From NCBI GenBank assembly GCA_025454975.1, contig JALONK010000003.1, positions 838-64,837 on the forward strand: 64,000 bases of DNA. Direction: 5' to 3'. Position 1 is the first letter of the stretch, and each line of letters begins with the position of its first letter. The notes under the pieces are model-generated. The model saw only the letters and a program-made list of their open reading frames with translations. It was not told the origin of the DNA and made no database searches. The DNA comes from Bacteroidia bacterium (GTDB lineage: Bacteria; Bacteroidota; Bacteroidia; UKL13-3). Shown here one piece after another: positions 54,890 through 64,000 of the stretch. A program made the translations under genes and the position numbers.

Positions 54890-56216
54890 GATTAAAATAC
54901 AAAACATGGTTAAAGTTGTTGGTTTCATTATCGCCTTCTTATCAAATGTTAAAGCAGTGCAATCACAGCCGCTCTTAAATTTAAATGAAGCTCTTCAACT
55001 GGCACTACAGAATAACTTTAGTATTCTGATTGCCGCAAATGAATCTAAAATTTATTCTATTCAGAACCATGCCGGAGAAGCCGGAATGTTACCAATGATA
55101 ACCGGCACAGGTCAACAAGATAATCAAGTAATAAATACCCGTCAAGTATTCTTAAACCGAACTGAGAATAATAGAGATGGAGCAAAATCAGATGTACTAA
55201 ATGCTGCTGTAGAAATGAATTGGACTGTATTTGATGGGTTTAGAATGTTTGCAGCAAAAAACCGTTTAAGCGAACTTGAGTCAATTGGTAAACTACAACT
55301 AACACAACAAATAGAAAGAACGTTTAGCAGGGTAACAATAGCTTGGTGTAATGTAGTTTTCTATCAACAACAGTATCAATTAATGATACAATCCTTAGAA
55401 AACAGTAAAAAAAGAATTGAGTTTGCTGAACTTAAATTCAAAGCCGGAAAAATTGCGCGTATCGAATTATTAAAAGCAAAAGTGGATGCGAATACAGACG
55501 AGGCTAATGTTTTAAAAGCTGCTCATGCACTTGAAAACCAAAAAGCTTCATTAAACCTTTTACTTTCGAGAGAACCCGGAATTAATTTTACTGTTCCGGA
55601 TAGCATAATCATTAACGAATCCTTAGTCATGGATGAGCTTATCAATACCTCATTAGAAAGAAATTCATCGTTAATGGGACTCAAGAAAATGCAACGAATC
55701 GAACTTCTTTCAAGAAGAGAATTACAAGCACAAAGATTCCCAACCGTTCAAATTAGAAGTGGATATTCTTTCAGTCGTTCAACCTCTGAAGCCGGCTTCT
55801 TGCAATCAGCAAGAAATAACGGATTTCATTACGGAGCCGGGATTTCACTTAATTTATTTAACGGCATGACCTTACATAAGAGATTAACAGCAAATAAAAT
55901 TCAATTGGAGTCGGTGGATATGATGCTTAAAGATTCAATCATGCGAATCAAAAATGCAATCGTGCAGTCATATAACGCCTATAAACTTCATCTGGCTTTA
56001 GTTAATAATGAAAAAAATAATGTATTGATAGCCGAAGAAAATTATGCTATTGCCAATGAACAATTTATACAAGGGGTGATAACGTCTATTGAGTTAAGAG
56101 AAGCACAATTAAATTGGGTAAGCACCAAACAACGTTTATTGCAAGCTATGCTAGAGGCAAAACTTAGTGAGACCGAATTATTTTTGATCAGCGGAAAACT
56201 AGCTCCTACAAGGTAA
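54882..56216 (+). CDS. TolC family outer membrane efflux protein (444 aa)
   Basis: ATG 54882 overlaps the RND stop by 8 bp; LNLNEALQLALQNN start of the mature region, duplicated OEP repeats, ELREAQ motif. Confidence 0.93.
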   Translation: MNKIKIQNMVKVVGFIIAFLSNVKAVQSQPLLNLNEALQLALQNNFSILIAANESKIYSIQNHAGEAGMLPMITGTGQQDNQVINTRQVFLNRTENNRDGAKSDVLNAAVEMNWTVFDGFRMFAAKNRLSELESIGKLQLTQQIERTFSRVTIAWCNVVFYQQQYQLMIQSLENSKKRIEFAELKFKAGKIARIELLKAKVDANTDEANVLKAAHALENQKASLNLLLSREPGINFTVPDSIIINESLVMDELINTSLERNSSLMGLKKMQRIELLSRRELQAQRFPTVQIRSGYSFSRSTSEAGFLQSARNNGFHYGAGISLNLFNGMTLHKRLTANKIQLESVDMMLKDSIMRIKNAIVQSYNAYKLHLALVNNEKNNVLIAEENYAIANEQFIQGVITSIELREAQLNWVSTKQRLLQAMLEAKLSETELFLISGKLAPTR

Positions 56217-56225
56217 TTATTCGTG

Positions 56226-56765
56226 TTATTCTTTGATAAATTTTGTGAATCCTCTTTCGGTATAAATAAAATATAACCCGGATGCTAATTCGCCGCAATC
56301 AATTATGTTAAACTTTGAACATTTTTTTACTAAGACTCCGTCAATATTAAATATTTCAGCGATTTGAATTTCCTCAGAAAAATGTAAAAGATGTTTTACA
56401 GGGTTAGGATAAAAGAACAACTGGTTTAATTGTGTTTCATACAATCCATTTGGTACCTCCTGAACAATTACTAATTGGGGATTTCCCATTGATGATACTA
56501 AAGTAACGCTGCCAATTCTTTTGGTCGTTTGGTTCGCACTAATTTGTATACGTATCGAATCATTACCGATTCCCGACAATGGTGTAACACTAATCCATTG
56601 CTCACCTCCGGTTCCTGTTAGCCAGCTCACTGTCGACTTTACCTGCACATGAAATGTTCCGCCGGAGGCACCTACAAACAAAGTATCAATAGTGAATGAA
56701 GTACTATCATTAGCAAACGCTGTTTTAAAAAAACAAATACCTAAAATAATAATCAAAAATCGCAT
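56226..56765 (-). CDS. Small T9SS cargo: BACON-like domain + type A CTD (179 aa)
   Basis: Signal peptide MRFLIIILGICFFKTAFA; GGTF...SW....WISVTP.SG.G...I.I..N...R.G.V BACON pattern; FFYPNPVK CTD. Confidence 0.8.
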   Translation of the reverse strand: MRFLIIILGICFFKTAFANDSTSFTIDTLFVGASGGTFHVQVKSTVSWLTGTGGEQWISVTPLSGIGNDSIRIQISANQTTKRIGSVTLVSSMGNPQLVIVQEVPNGLYETQLNQLFFYPNPVKHLLHFSEEIQIAEIFNIDGVLVKKCSKFNIIDCGELASGLYFIYTERGFTKFIKE

Positions 56766-56876
56766 GTTCAAATAAACTAAAAAGTACTTTATCAAACACA
56801 ACTTTTATTGTTCACTTGCAATCAATAATGCGCCTTGGGTATACTTATTCCACTTTGTAAGAAAATACTTTAAGCT

Positions 56877-56913
56877 ATAAAAAATCCCTCACCGATTAGT
56901 TGATGAGGGATTT
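56877..56913 (-). terminator. Intrinsic terminator downstream of the small ORF
   Basis: AAATCCCTCA...TGAGGGATTT stem (56882-56913) with an A-run on its left. Confidence 0.75.
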
Positions 56914-56933
56914 GAAATGGTAATTATGAAATA

Positions 56934-57065
56934 TTATGCATGCATTTTTCTTATATCAGAAATATAAGTGCTAATCATTTTACCCAATGTTGGTGTATAA
57001 TCAATCAAACTTAACTTGCCTTTTAAGTTATCAAAGTCAAATTTATCAATGATTTCATGTAACAT
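56934..57065 (-). CDS. Candidate 43-aa small protein or gene remnant (not in the ORF track)
   Basis: Hand translation: MLHEIIDKFDFDNLKGKLSLIDYTPTLGKMISTYISDIRKMHA*; AAA before the ATG; lies between two terminators. Confidence 0.35.
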   Translation of the reverse strand: MLHEIIDKFDFDNLKGKLSLIDYTPTLGKMISTYISDIRKMHA

Positions 57066-57071
57066 TTTAAA

Positions 57072-57099
57072 ATATAAAAAAACCCACCGAAGTGGGTTT
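57072..57099 (-). terminator. Intrinsic terminator of nrdJ
   Basis: Minus strand AAACCCAC-TTCG-GTGGGTTT followed by a T run; c(UUCG)g tetraloop. Confidence 0.92.
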
Positions 57100-57119
57100 C
57101 TTTTATTGTTATAAATTAA

Positions 57120-60100
57120 TTAACTACAGCCGGTTTGTGTACCGCAGTTCATGCATTTGTAGCAAGCACCACTGCGTATGGTTAAGCTACCACAACTTGG
57201 GCAAGCCGGACTATCACCAAAACTTTTCAAGTATGCTTGAGTTTGATCCATGGCACCGGAAGCCGATTCAACAATTTGCTTTAACTCGGCAACCGGAGCA
57301 ACTTTTGTTTCAGCAACAACAACCGGTTTCATAAATCCAATCGGTGTTGGTGTTGATATCTGTGCTTGATTTTGAGTAGCTGCATTATTCTGAACAGCTA
57401 AAGCATTTAACTTATGTTGATTAATTGCTAATCCTTGGCGTTGCGAATCAGTTGGCGGAACTTGAATAAAATCTTCTCTTCCCAAATATTCAAATCCTAA
57501 CATACGGAACATGTAGTCAATAATAGAAGTTGCATTCTTAATATTGTCATGTCCGGTTACCATACCTGCCGGCTCAAAACGAGTAAATGTGAATTTGTCA
57601 ACATACTCTTCCAATGGAACACCGTATTGTAAACCTAATGAAACTGCTATCGAGAAACAGTTCATTAACGAACGTAATGTTGCTCCTTCCTTATGTAGGT
57701 CAACAAAAATTTCACCTAATGTTCCATCTTCATATTCGCCTGTTCTTACGAAAATTGTTTGACCTCCAACTGTTGCTTTTTGGGTAAATCCACCACGCTT
57801 ACCCGGTAATTGTTTGCGTTCAACTATCCTAGCGAGTTTACGTTTAAACTCGGTGTCGTGCGAACGATTTAGAATTGCAGTTGCGGCCTCTAATACTTGT
57901 TCAGGCGACAATTCACCAACCGGTTTGTTTGCATCTGCACCTAAAACTGCCTCAACTGTTTCTTGTACTTCATCTTCGTCTTTTACGTCAGATTTATTAC
58001 TTAGTGGTTGAGATAATTTACATCCATCGCGATATAAAGCATTTGCTTTTAAACCTAGTGTCCAACTTAAATAATAACAGTCTTTAATTTCATCAACTGT
58101 TGCTTCATTTGGCAGGTTGATTGTTTTAGAAATGGCACCTGATAAAAACGGTTGAGCTGCTGCCATCATGCGAATATGACCTTGCGGAGCAATGTAACGA
58201 ACTCCTTTATTACCACATTTGTTTGCGCAATCAAAAACAGGTAAATGCTCGTCTTTTAAATTCGGTGCACCTTCAACAGTCATTGTACCGCACACATAAT
58301 CGTTTGCCGCTTCAATCTCTGCTTTGGTAAAACCTAATTTACGCAGCAAGTTAAATTTAGGATTGTTATACTCTTCCGGTTTAAAGCCAAGGCGCTGTAA
58401 GCAATCTTCACCTAATGTCCATTGATTAAATGCAAAGCCAATTTCAAAAGCACCGGAAGCTGCAACGTTTAATTTTTCAATTTCTTCTGCGGTAAAACCA
58501 CGGAACGCTAACGATTCAGGATTGATAAATGGAGCACCTTTAAGCGTTGCATGACCAATAGCGTATTTAATAATTGCATCTGTTTCAGCGTCGGTATAAC
58601 CTAAATTAGTTAAGGCAGCCGGAACCGATTGGTTAATGATTTTAAAATATCCACCACCTGATAATTTTTTAAATTTTACCAATGCAAAATCAGGCTCAAT
58701 TCCTGTTGTATCGCAATCCATTACTAAACCAATAGTACCCGTAGGAGCAATAACTGTGGTTTGAGCATTGCGATATCCATATTGTTCGCCAAGTTGTAAG
58801 GCAGCATCCCATGATGATGTAGCTGCACTTAATAAATAGTCAGGACAGTATTTTGGATCAATTCCAACAGGATTAATGCTAAGTCCTTCGTACGCCTCAG
58901 TGGTATTATAGGCTGCATAACGATGGTTACGCATTACACGAAGCATGTGTTCTTTGTTTTCTTCATATTTAGGAAATGCACCTAAATGCTTGGCCATTTC
59001 AGCCGATGTAGCATAAGATGTTCCTGTTAGCACTGCAGTTATCGCTCCGCAAATAGCAAATGCTTTTGGTGAGTCGTAAGGAATTCCCGACACCATCAAT
59101 GCTGTTCCTAGGTTAGCATATCCTAAACCTAAGGTGCGATATTCATAAGATAGCTGTGCAACTTCTCTTGAAGGGAACTGGGCCATTAAAACTGAAATTT
59201 CAAGAACAACAGTCCAAATACGAGAAGCATGCTCAATACCTTTAACATCAAACTCACAAGTTGCAGCATCGAAGAAACGCATTAAGTTTAATGAAGCTAG
59301 ATTACATGCAGTATTATCTAAGAACATGTATTCTGAACATGGATTAGATGCATTAATTCTTCCGCCTTCCGGACAAGTATGCCACTCATTGATAGTTGAG
59401 TCGTACTGTACACCAGGATCGGCACAAGCCCAAGCTGCATCCCCAATCATATCCCACAATTCTTGAGCAGGAATTGATTTCATTACTTTTCCGTTAGAAC
59501 GAGCAACTAAATCCCAATTTTTGCCTTCTTCCAAAGCTTTGAAGAAACTGTGTGGAATACGAACAGAATTGTTGGAGTTTTGACCCGATACAGTTGCGTA
59601 AGCTTCCCCTTCGTAGTCGCTTGGGTATCCCGCAGCTATTAATGCCGCTACTTTCTTTTCTTCATGTTTTTTCCAGTTGATAAACTCAACTATTTCGGGA
59701 TGATCTAAGTCTAAACAAACCATCTTAGCAGCGCGTCGTGTGGTTCCACCTGATTTAATTGCACCTGCTGCGCGATCACCAATACGAAGAAAACTCATCA
59801 AACCGGAAGAAGTTCCTCCACCTGATAATTTTTCACCGGCACCGCGAATACGGCTAAAATTTGTTCCTACCCCTGAGCCATATTTAAAAATCCGTGCCTC
59901 ACGAACCCATAAATCCATTATTCCACCTTCATTCACTAAATCGTCATCTACTGAAAGAATAAAACATGCGTGTGGTTGAGGACGCTCATAGGCAGAAGTT
60001 GATTTTTCTAATTTACCGGTTTTAGGATTAACGAAGTAATGTCCTTGAGGCTTTCCTGTGATACCATAAGAACTATGTAAACCGGTATTAAACCACTGAG

Positions 60101-60515
60101 GAGAATTTGGAGCAGCATGTTGTCCGATAATCATGTACACCAACTCATCGTAAAAACGATTAGCGTCTTCAGTAGTGGCAAAATATCCATACTGTTCGCC
60201 CCACGATTTCCAACAATGAGCCATTCGATGAGCAACCTGTTTAATAGAGTTTTCGCTACCTGTAGTTCCATCAGCCATTGGTACACCTGCTTTTCTGAAG
60301 TATTTTTGAGCTAACACGTCAGTAGCCACTTGACTCCAAAATTTTGGAACCTCTACATTGTTTAGTTCAAATACTTTTTCTCCATTAGGATTTTTAATAA
60401 CGGAAGAGCGAATGTCATATTCGAACATATCGAATGCAGACACACCTTCCTTAGTAAAGAAGCGATCTATACGAAGGCCACTTTGCTCACTTTTTTTCGT
60501 TGTTTTGGTGCTCAT
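57120..60515 (-). CDS. nrdJ: Class II (adenosylcobalamin-dependent) ribonucleotide reductase
   Basis: [45 protein letters not shown]-like domain, C-terminal CPSC..CYKCMNC..TGCS. Confidence 0.96.
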   Translation of the reverse strand: MSTKTTKKSEQSGLRIDRFFTKEGVSAFDMFEYDIRSSVIKNPNGEKVFELNNVEVPKFWSQVATDVLAQKYFRKAGVPMADGTTGSENSIKQVAHRMAHCWKSWGEQYGYFATTEDANRFYDELVYMIIGQHAAPNSPQWFNTGLHSSYGITGKPQGHYFVNPKTGKLEKSTSAYERPQPHACFILSVDDDLVNEGGIMDLWVREARIFKYGSGVGTNFSRIRGAGEKLSGGGTSSGLMSFLRIGDRAAGAIKSGGTTRRAAKMVCLDLDHPEIVEFINWKKHEEKKVAALIAAGYPSDYEGEAYATVSGQNSNNSVRIPHSFFKALEEGKNWDLVARSNGKVMKSIPAQELWDMIGDAAWACADPGVQYDSTINEWHTCPEGGRINASNPCSEYMFLDNTACNLASLNLMRFFDAATCEFDVKGIEHASRIWTVVLEISVLMAQFPSREVAQLSYEYRTLGLGYANLGTALMVSGIPYDSPKAFAICGAITAVLTGTSYATSAEMAKHLGAFPKYEENKEHMLRVMRNHRYAAYNTTEAYEGLSINPVGIDPKYCPDYLLSAATSSWDAALQLGEQYGYRNAQTTVIAPTGTIGLVMDCDTTGIEPDFALVKFKKLSGGGYFKIINQSVPAALTNLGYTDAETDAIIKYAIGHATLKGAPFINPESLAFRGFTAEEIEKLNVAASGAFEIGFAFNQWTLGEDCLQRLGFKPEEYNNPKFNLLRKLGFTKAEIEAANDYVCGTMTVEGAPNLKDEHLPVFDCANKCGNKGVRYIAPQGHIRMMAAAQPFLSGAISKTINLPNEATVDEIKDCYYLSWTLGLKANALYRDGCKLSQPLSNKSDVKDEDEVQETVEAVLGADANKPVGELSPEQVLEAATAILNRSHDTEFKRKLARIVERKQLPGKRGGFTQKATVGGQTIFVRTGEYEDGTLGEIFVDLHKEGATLRSLMNCFSIAVSLGLQYGVPLEEYVDKFTFTRFEPAGMVTGHDNIKNATSIIDYMFRMLGFEYLGREDFIQVPPTDSQRQGLAINQHKLNALAVQNNAATQNQAQISTPTPIGFMKPVVVAETKVAPVAELKQIVESASGAMDQTQAYLKSFGDSPACPSCGSLTIRSGACYKCMNCGTQTGCS

Positions 60516-60619
60516 ATGCGGAACTTTTTCAGGTTTATTTATTGTTAAATTATCGTTACCCTTTTTTAGGGGGTTTTTTCATCAAAAATCCACGAGAAAC
60601 GGATTAGAATCAAACTGCA

Positions 60620-60718
60620 TTTTCCACACCCTATTTTTTGCCAACATTCCACAGGCACGTTTCATAAGGGATAAGGTATGTGCATAACCAAATTATTCAC
60701 ATAAAAAGTTGTGTAAAT
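60620..60718. promoter_or_regulatory. Cluster of DnaA-box-like 9-mers
   Basis: TTWTNCACA matches at 60620-28 (+, TTTTCCACA), 60679-87 (-, TTATGCACA) and 60693-701 (+, TTATTCACA); near matches at 60645-53 and 60710-18. Confidence 0.6.
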
Positions 60719-60940
60719 ACAGGAGTTTTCAACTTTTTTAATTTACTCATAATGAGCGGATTTGTTGTTAAAAATAGACAGTGAGGCAGTTACGAAACTT
60801 GATTTTCTTGAAACCCTTACCAGTATTGACTAAGCGATGTTAAGGGTGTGTTTTGTCCTTAATTTTAAAGAGTATCTCTACATAATTTGGCAAAATGTGC
60901 TTTATTTGTAAGGAATCAATCCAGTATAATATATTTTATT

Positions 60941-61687
60941 TTGACAAACGGGGTATTTCATTTTATACAACAACAAAAACAATCAGGTAAGAAATTACTT
61001 GCAGTACTTATTGACCCTGACAGCATAAGTGATGTGCAACAACTAACCCTAATTTGCGAAAAAAGTACCGAAGCAAATGTTGATTTAATCTTAGTTGGTG
61101 GAAGTTTAATAACGAATGGCTTTTTTGATACCTGTATTCAAGTCGTAAAAAAATTAACCAATATACCTGTGGTTTTATTCCCGGGAAATATCATGCAAGT
61201 GAATAAACATGCTGACGCTATATTGTTTTTATCATTAATTAGCGGCAGAAACGCGGATTTATTAATTGGTAAACATGTGCTTGCAGCACCTGTACTTAAG
61301 GAAAGCGGTATCGAGGTAGTTCCAACCGGATACATGCTTATAGACGGAGGAAATATCACTTCAGTTAGTTATATGAGTAACACAACTCCTATTCCAGCCG
61401 ATAAACACGGCATAGCAGCTTGCACTGCGCTGGCCGGTGAGATGTTGGGATTGAAAGTAATTTATATGGATGCAGGAAGTGGAGCAAATAAGCCTGTGCC
61501 TCAAAAAATAATTCATGCAGTATTTGAACAAGTGAATGTTCCAATATTTGTTGGAGGCGGTATTAAAACTCCCGGTGCTGCTATTGAGGCTTGCGAAGCA
61601 GGAGCAGATGTAGTAGTTGTTGGAAATGCATTTGAACAAGATGTAACCTTAATTAAATCAATTACCGAGGCCGTGCATCAGTTCTAA
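60941..61687 (+). CDS. Group II geranylgeranylglyceryl-phosphate synthase family protein (248 aa from TTG 60941)
   Basis: LIDPD, LVGGS, LFPGN, LSLISGRN, TGYMLIDGG, YMDAGSGA, VGGGI, VVVGN motifs. The start is inferred from family length; the track uses upstream TTG 60887. Confidence 0.9.
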   Translation: MTNGVFHFIQQQKQSGKKLLAVLIDPDSISDVQQLTLICEKSTEANVDLILVGGSLITNGFFDTCIQVVKKLTNIPVVLFPGNIMQVNKHADAILFLSLISGRNADLLIGKHVLAAPVLKESGIEVVPTGYMLIDGGNITSVSYMSNTTPIPADKHGIAACTALAGEMLGLKVIYMDAGSGANKPVPQKIIHAVFEQVNVPIFVGGGIKTPGAAIEACEAGADVVVVGNAFEQDVTLIKSITEAVHQF

Positions 61688-61692
61688 TTGTT

Positions 61693-62694
61693 TTATTGTA
61701 TTGGAGTAGAAAAAACAACCTCAAGAAGAGTTTGACCAACTGCCTTCAAAGTATTTTTGTCAATTACTTTCATATCATCCTTATGGGTGTGCCAGTGCAT
61801 TGGAAACCCGGATGACGAAACTGCGTCGTAATGAATAATATCAATCGTAGGAATTTTTGCAATCTTATTTACATAATAGTGATCATCAATGATGCCTCCT
61901 TTTTGGTAATACATAAAATAGTTTCCATAACCTAATTGATGTGCTAATTGCCAAGTGTTTTGTAATACTGGCTGAGCTGCGTCAATAGAAACTTGTTCCC
62001 ATGCAAATTTAGCATCTGTTGCCCCAACCATGTCTAATAAAATTCCAAATGATGCAGAATAACCCGGTATGTGAGGATTTTTACTCCAGTACTGCGACCC
62101 TAAACAAAAACTATTTTCGTGTTCTGATTTTCCTAAATCTTCTGCATCAAACAAAACTAGGTCAACACCAACCATGGGGTTTTTCTGATTTAATACTCTT
62201 GCTATTTCAAGAAGCACACCTACTCCGCTGGCACCATCATTTGCGCCTAAAATTGGTTTATCCTGATCTTTAGTATCCATATCTGCAAAAGGCCTACTAT
62301 CCCAGTGTGCACATAACAAAATACGTTCTTTTAATTTGGGTTGAAAGGATGCAATGATATTCCTAACGTTTAATTTTTTACCATCAAAATGAGTGATCAT
62401 AGTTCTTTGCTCAATCACTTGATCGCAATATTGCTTAAGTACTTTTACCATCCAATCACCACACTTACGGTGAGCTTCACTATTGGTAACACGAGGGCCA
62501 AAACCAACTTGTTTCTCTACGAAATAGTAGGCTGAATCAGCATTAAAATCAGGTGATTTCTTAATAAATGTTGCTTCTTCCTTCGGCTTGGTTTCAGTTA
62601 CTTTTTCTTTGCTCGCTTGCTCACTTCCGCATCCGGAAAGTAATAAGCCTAATATACCCAATAAAATAAAACTGCTGTGTGTTTTCCCCTTCAT
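61693..62694 (-). CDS. M28-family lipoprotein, Bacteroidota glutaminyl cyclase-like (333 aa)
   Basis: ATG 62694 gives lipobox LSG|C; FNADSAY..V..QV.FGPR, AHWDSRP, GANDGASGVGVLLE, FDAED, CLGSQYWS.NPH, LLDMVG, DDH, HWHT..D, matching the P. gingivalis QC pattern as I recall it. Confidence 0.85.
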   Translation of the reverse strand: MKGKTHSSFILLGILGLLLSGCGSEQASKEKVTETKPKEEATFIKKSPDFNADSAYYFVEKQVGFGPRVTNSEAHRKCGDWMVKVLKQYCDQVIEQRTMITHFDGKKLNVRNIIASFQPKLKERILLCAHWDSRPFADMDTKDQDKPILGANDGASGVGVLLEIARVLNQKNPMVGVDLVLFDAEDLGKSEHENSFCLGSQYWSKNPHIPGYSASFGILLDMVGATDAKFAWEQVSIDAAQPVLQNTWQLAHQLGYGNYFMYYQKGGIIDDHYYVNKIAKIPTIDIIHYDAVSSSGFPMHWHTHKDDMKVIDKNTLKAVGQTLLEVVFSTPIQ

Positions 62695-62722
62695 ATTGTG
62701 ACTATAATGTTTTGTATAAAGT

Positions 62723-64000
62723 TTAGATGATATGATAAGAAGTACCTTCTTTACCATCCTTAATTTCAAAACCAAGACTTTTTAATTTATCTCTGATTAA
62801 ATCTGACGTTGAAAAATCTTTCTTCGCTTTTGCCTCACTTCTCACCTCTAAAATCATCTGCATTAAACCATCTAATTTATCAGCCCCGGATTCTTTTTCG
62901 GGCATTAAACCAAGCACATCAAAAACAATTGACTTAGTCACCTTACTTAAATTTTCCTTCTGTACACTTGAGATGGTTTCATGTTTAGCATAAATACTAT
63001 TGATTAGTCGAACCGCCTCAAATAAATGTGCCAGTGCTACAGGAGTATTGAAATCATCATCCAAAGCCTCATAAATATTATCTGAAATGGCTGTAAAGTC
63101 GGCAGTACCATTTTCATGAGTTGGTAATTCATCAATTAACGCTAATGCATTCATCAACCTCACATAGCCTTTTTCGGCGGCCTGCAAGGCCTCGTTACTA
63201 AAATCTAAGGTACTTCTATAATGTGCTTGTAACATAAAGAATCGTACAGTCATCGGACTGTATCCTTTGTCTAATAAACGGTGAGTACCGCTAAATAGTT
63301 CATGAGGCAGAAAAGAATTGCCAAGGCTTTTACTCATTTTCTGTCCATTAACGGTAAGCATATTGGTATGCATCCAAAACTTTACCGGTGTTGCATGATG
63401 TGAGCAAGCAGTATTTTGTGCGATTTCATTGGTATGATGTGTAGGGGCTAAATCCATTCCTCCTCCGTGTATATCAAACTCTTCACCTAAATATTTCCTA
63501 CTCATAGCAGAACATTCCAAATGCCAACCAGGAAATCCTTCGCCCCATGGGCTAGGCCACTTCATGATGTGTTCAGGTTTTGCTTTAATCCAAAGAGCAA
63601 AATCAAGTCGCCCTCGCTTTTCGTCTTGTCCGCCTAAGTCGCGAGTACCGGATAACAGATCATCCAAATTTCTACCGGTTAAAATAGTATATGGATAGGT
63701 TTTGGCGTACTTTTCTACATCAAAATAAACCGTACCATTTACTTCATAAGCATAACCATTATTTAAAATTTGTTTGGTCATTTCAATTTGTTCGATGATA
63801 TGACCTGTAGCAGTAGGCTCGATACTTGGAGGCAAAGTATTAAAAGCATTCATTACTTCATGAAAATCTAACGTATAACGTTGTACGATTTCCATAGGTT
63901 CTAATTGTTCCAGTCTTGCTTTTTTCCCAATTTTATCTTCTCCTTCATCTGCATCGCTTTCTAAATGTCCGGCATCCGTTATATTTCTTACATATCTTAC
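62723..64000 (-). CDS. cysS: Cysteine--tRNA ligase, 5' end truncated by the window edge
   Basis: Frame stays open to 64000 (VRYVRNITDAGHLESDADEGEDKI); GFPGWHLECSAM, DIHGGGMDL, HHTNEIAQ, KMSKS. Confidence 0.98.
   Translation of the reverse strand, partial: VRYVRNITDAGHLESDADEGEDKIGKKARLEQLEPMEIVQRYTLDFHEVMNAFNTLPPSIEPTATGHIIEQIEMTKQILNNGYAYEVNGTVYFDVEKYAKTYPYTILTGRNLDDLLSGTRDLGGQDEKRGRLDFALWIKAKPEHIMKWPSPWGEGFPGWHLECSAMSRKYLGEEFDIHGGGMDLAPTHHTNEIAQNTACSHHATPVKFWMHTNMLTVNGQKMSKSLGNSFLPHELFSGTHRLLDKGYSPMTVRFFMLQAHYRSTLDFSNEALQAAEKGYVRLMNALALIDELPTHENGTADFTAISDNIYEALDDDFNTPVALAHLFEAVRLINSIYAKHETISSVQKENLSKVTKSIVFDVLGLMPEKESGADKLDGLMQMILEVRSEAKAKKDFSTSDLIRDKLKSLGFEIKDGKEGTSYHII

Noticed and set aside
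15859-56765. Accessory region as a mobile element or recent horizontal island
   Set aside because: No integrase, transposase, tRNA anchor or flanking direct repeats, and base composition looks similar to the dcw genes by eye (not computed).
57120-60515. Intein or intron in the 1,131-aa nrdJ
   Set aside because: No intein splice-junction or LAGLIDADG motifs seen. The length is explained by the long-form class II enzyme with TSCPD and Zn-ribbon domains.
60625-60676. NrdR box (ACACCCTATTTTTTGC), parS-like word or cobalamin riboswitch upstream of nrdJ
   Set aside because: Matches are weak and non-palindromic, no tandem NrdR box is present, and no conserved riboswitch elements are visible.
60813-60847. 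ACCCTTA-N21-TAAGGGT inverted repeat and CTCAT-A-ATGAG (60746-56)
   Set aside because: Short arms, single occurrences and no U tail; no function can be assigned.
315-61639. The many 60-180-aa alternative-frame and antisense ORFs in the track (e.g. 28264-28797, 33019-33429, 52720-53169, 60358-60687)
   Set aside because: All lie wholly or largely within well-supported genes and have no recognisable motifs. Stop-free opposite frames are expected in Thr/Asn/Gly-rich repetitive coding DNA.
17541-62775. Longest-ORF starts at 17541, 24215, 50117, 54852, 56801, 60887 and 62775
   Set aside because: Downstream starts give clean signal peptides or lipoboxes, fit family length, or avoid large overlaps with neighbours.

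Overview
AT-rich Bacteroidota chromosomal window. 0.26-15.8 kb: intact dcw cell-division/peptidoglycan operon (mraZ-rsmH-ftsL-ftsI-murE-mraY-murD-ftsW-murG-murC-ftsQ-ftsA-ftsZ) with a visible MraZ operator and terminator. 15.9-17.4 kb: a convergent pair, a DUF6642-like protein with a caspase/CHAT-like His-Cys pattern and a Fic-HTH protein. 17.6-50.1 kb (half the window): three very large type IX secretion (T9SS) cargo genes. Two are ~2,200-aa paralogues sharing a C-terminal ~620 aa but with unrelated N-termini. The third is a 6,100-aa protein of nine ~563-aa beta-helix+CARDB-like units, nine Ig-like domains and a type A CTD. Its cysteines are gained and lost in strict pairs across the units, which suggests a disulfide-stapled filament with a hinge. 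50.3-56.8 kb: MarR-MFP-RND-TolC efflux operon with a palindromic operator, plus a mini BACON-T9SS gene. 57-64 kb: class II ribonucleotide reductase, a DnaA-box cluster, a group II GGGP synthase, a glutaminyl cyclase-like M28 lipoprotein and a truncated cysS. I saw no tRNA, rRNA, CRISPR array, IS or prophage. All family calls come from motif recognition by eye; no database search was run.
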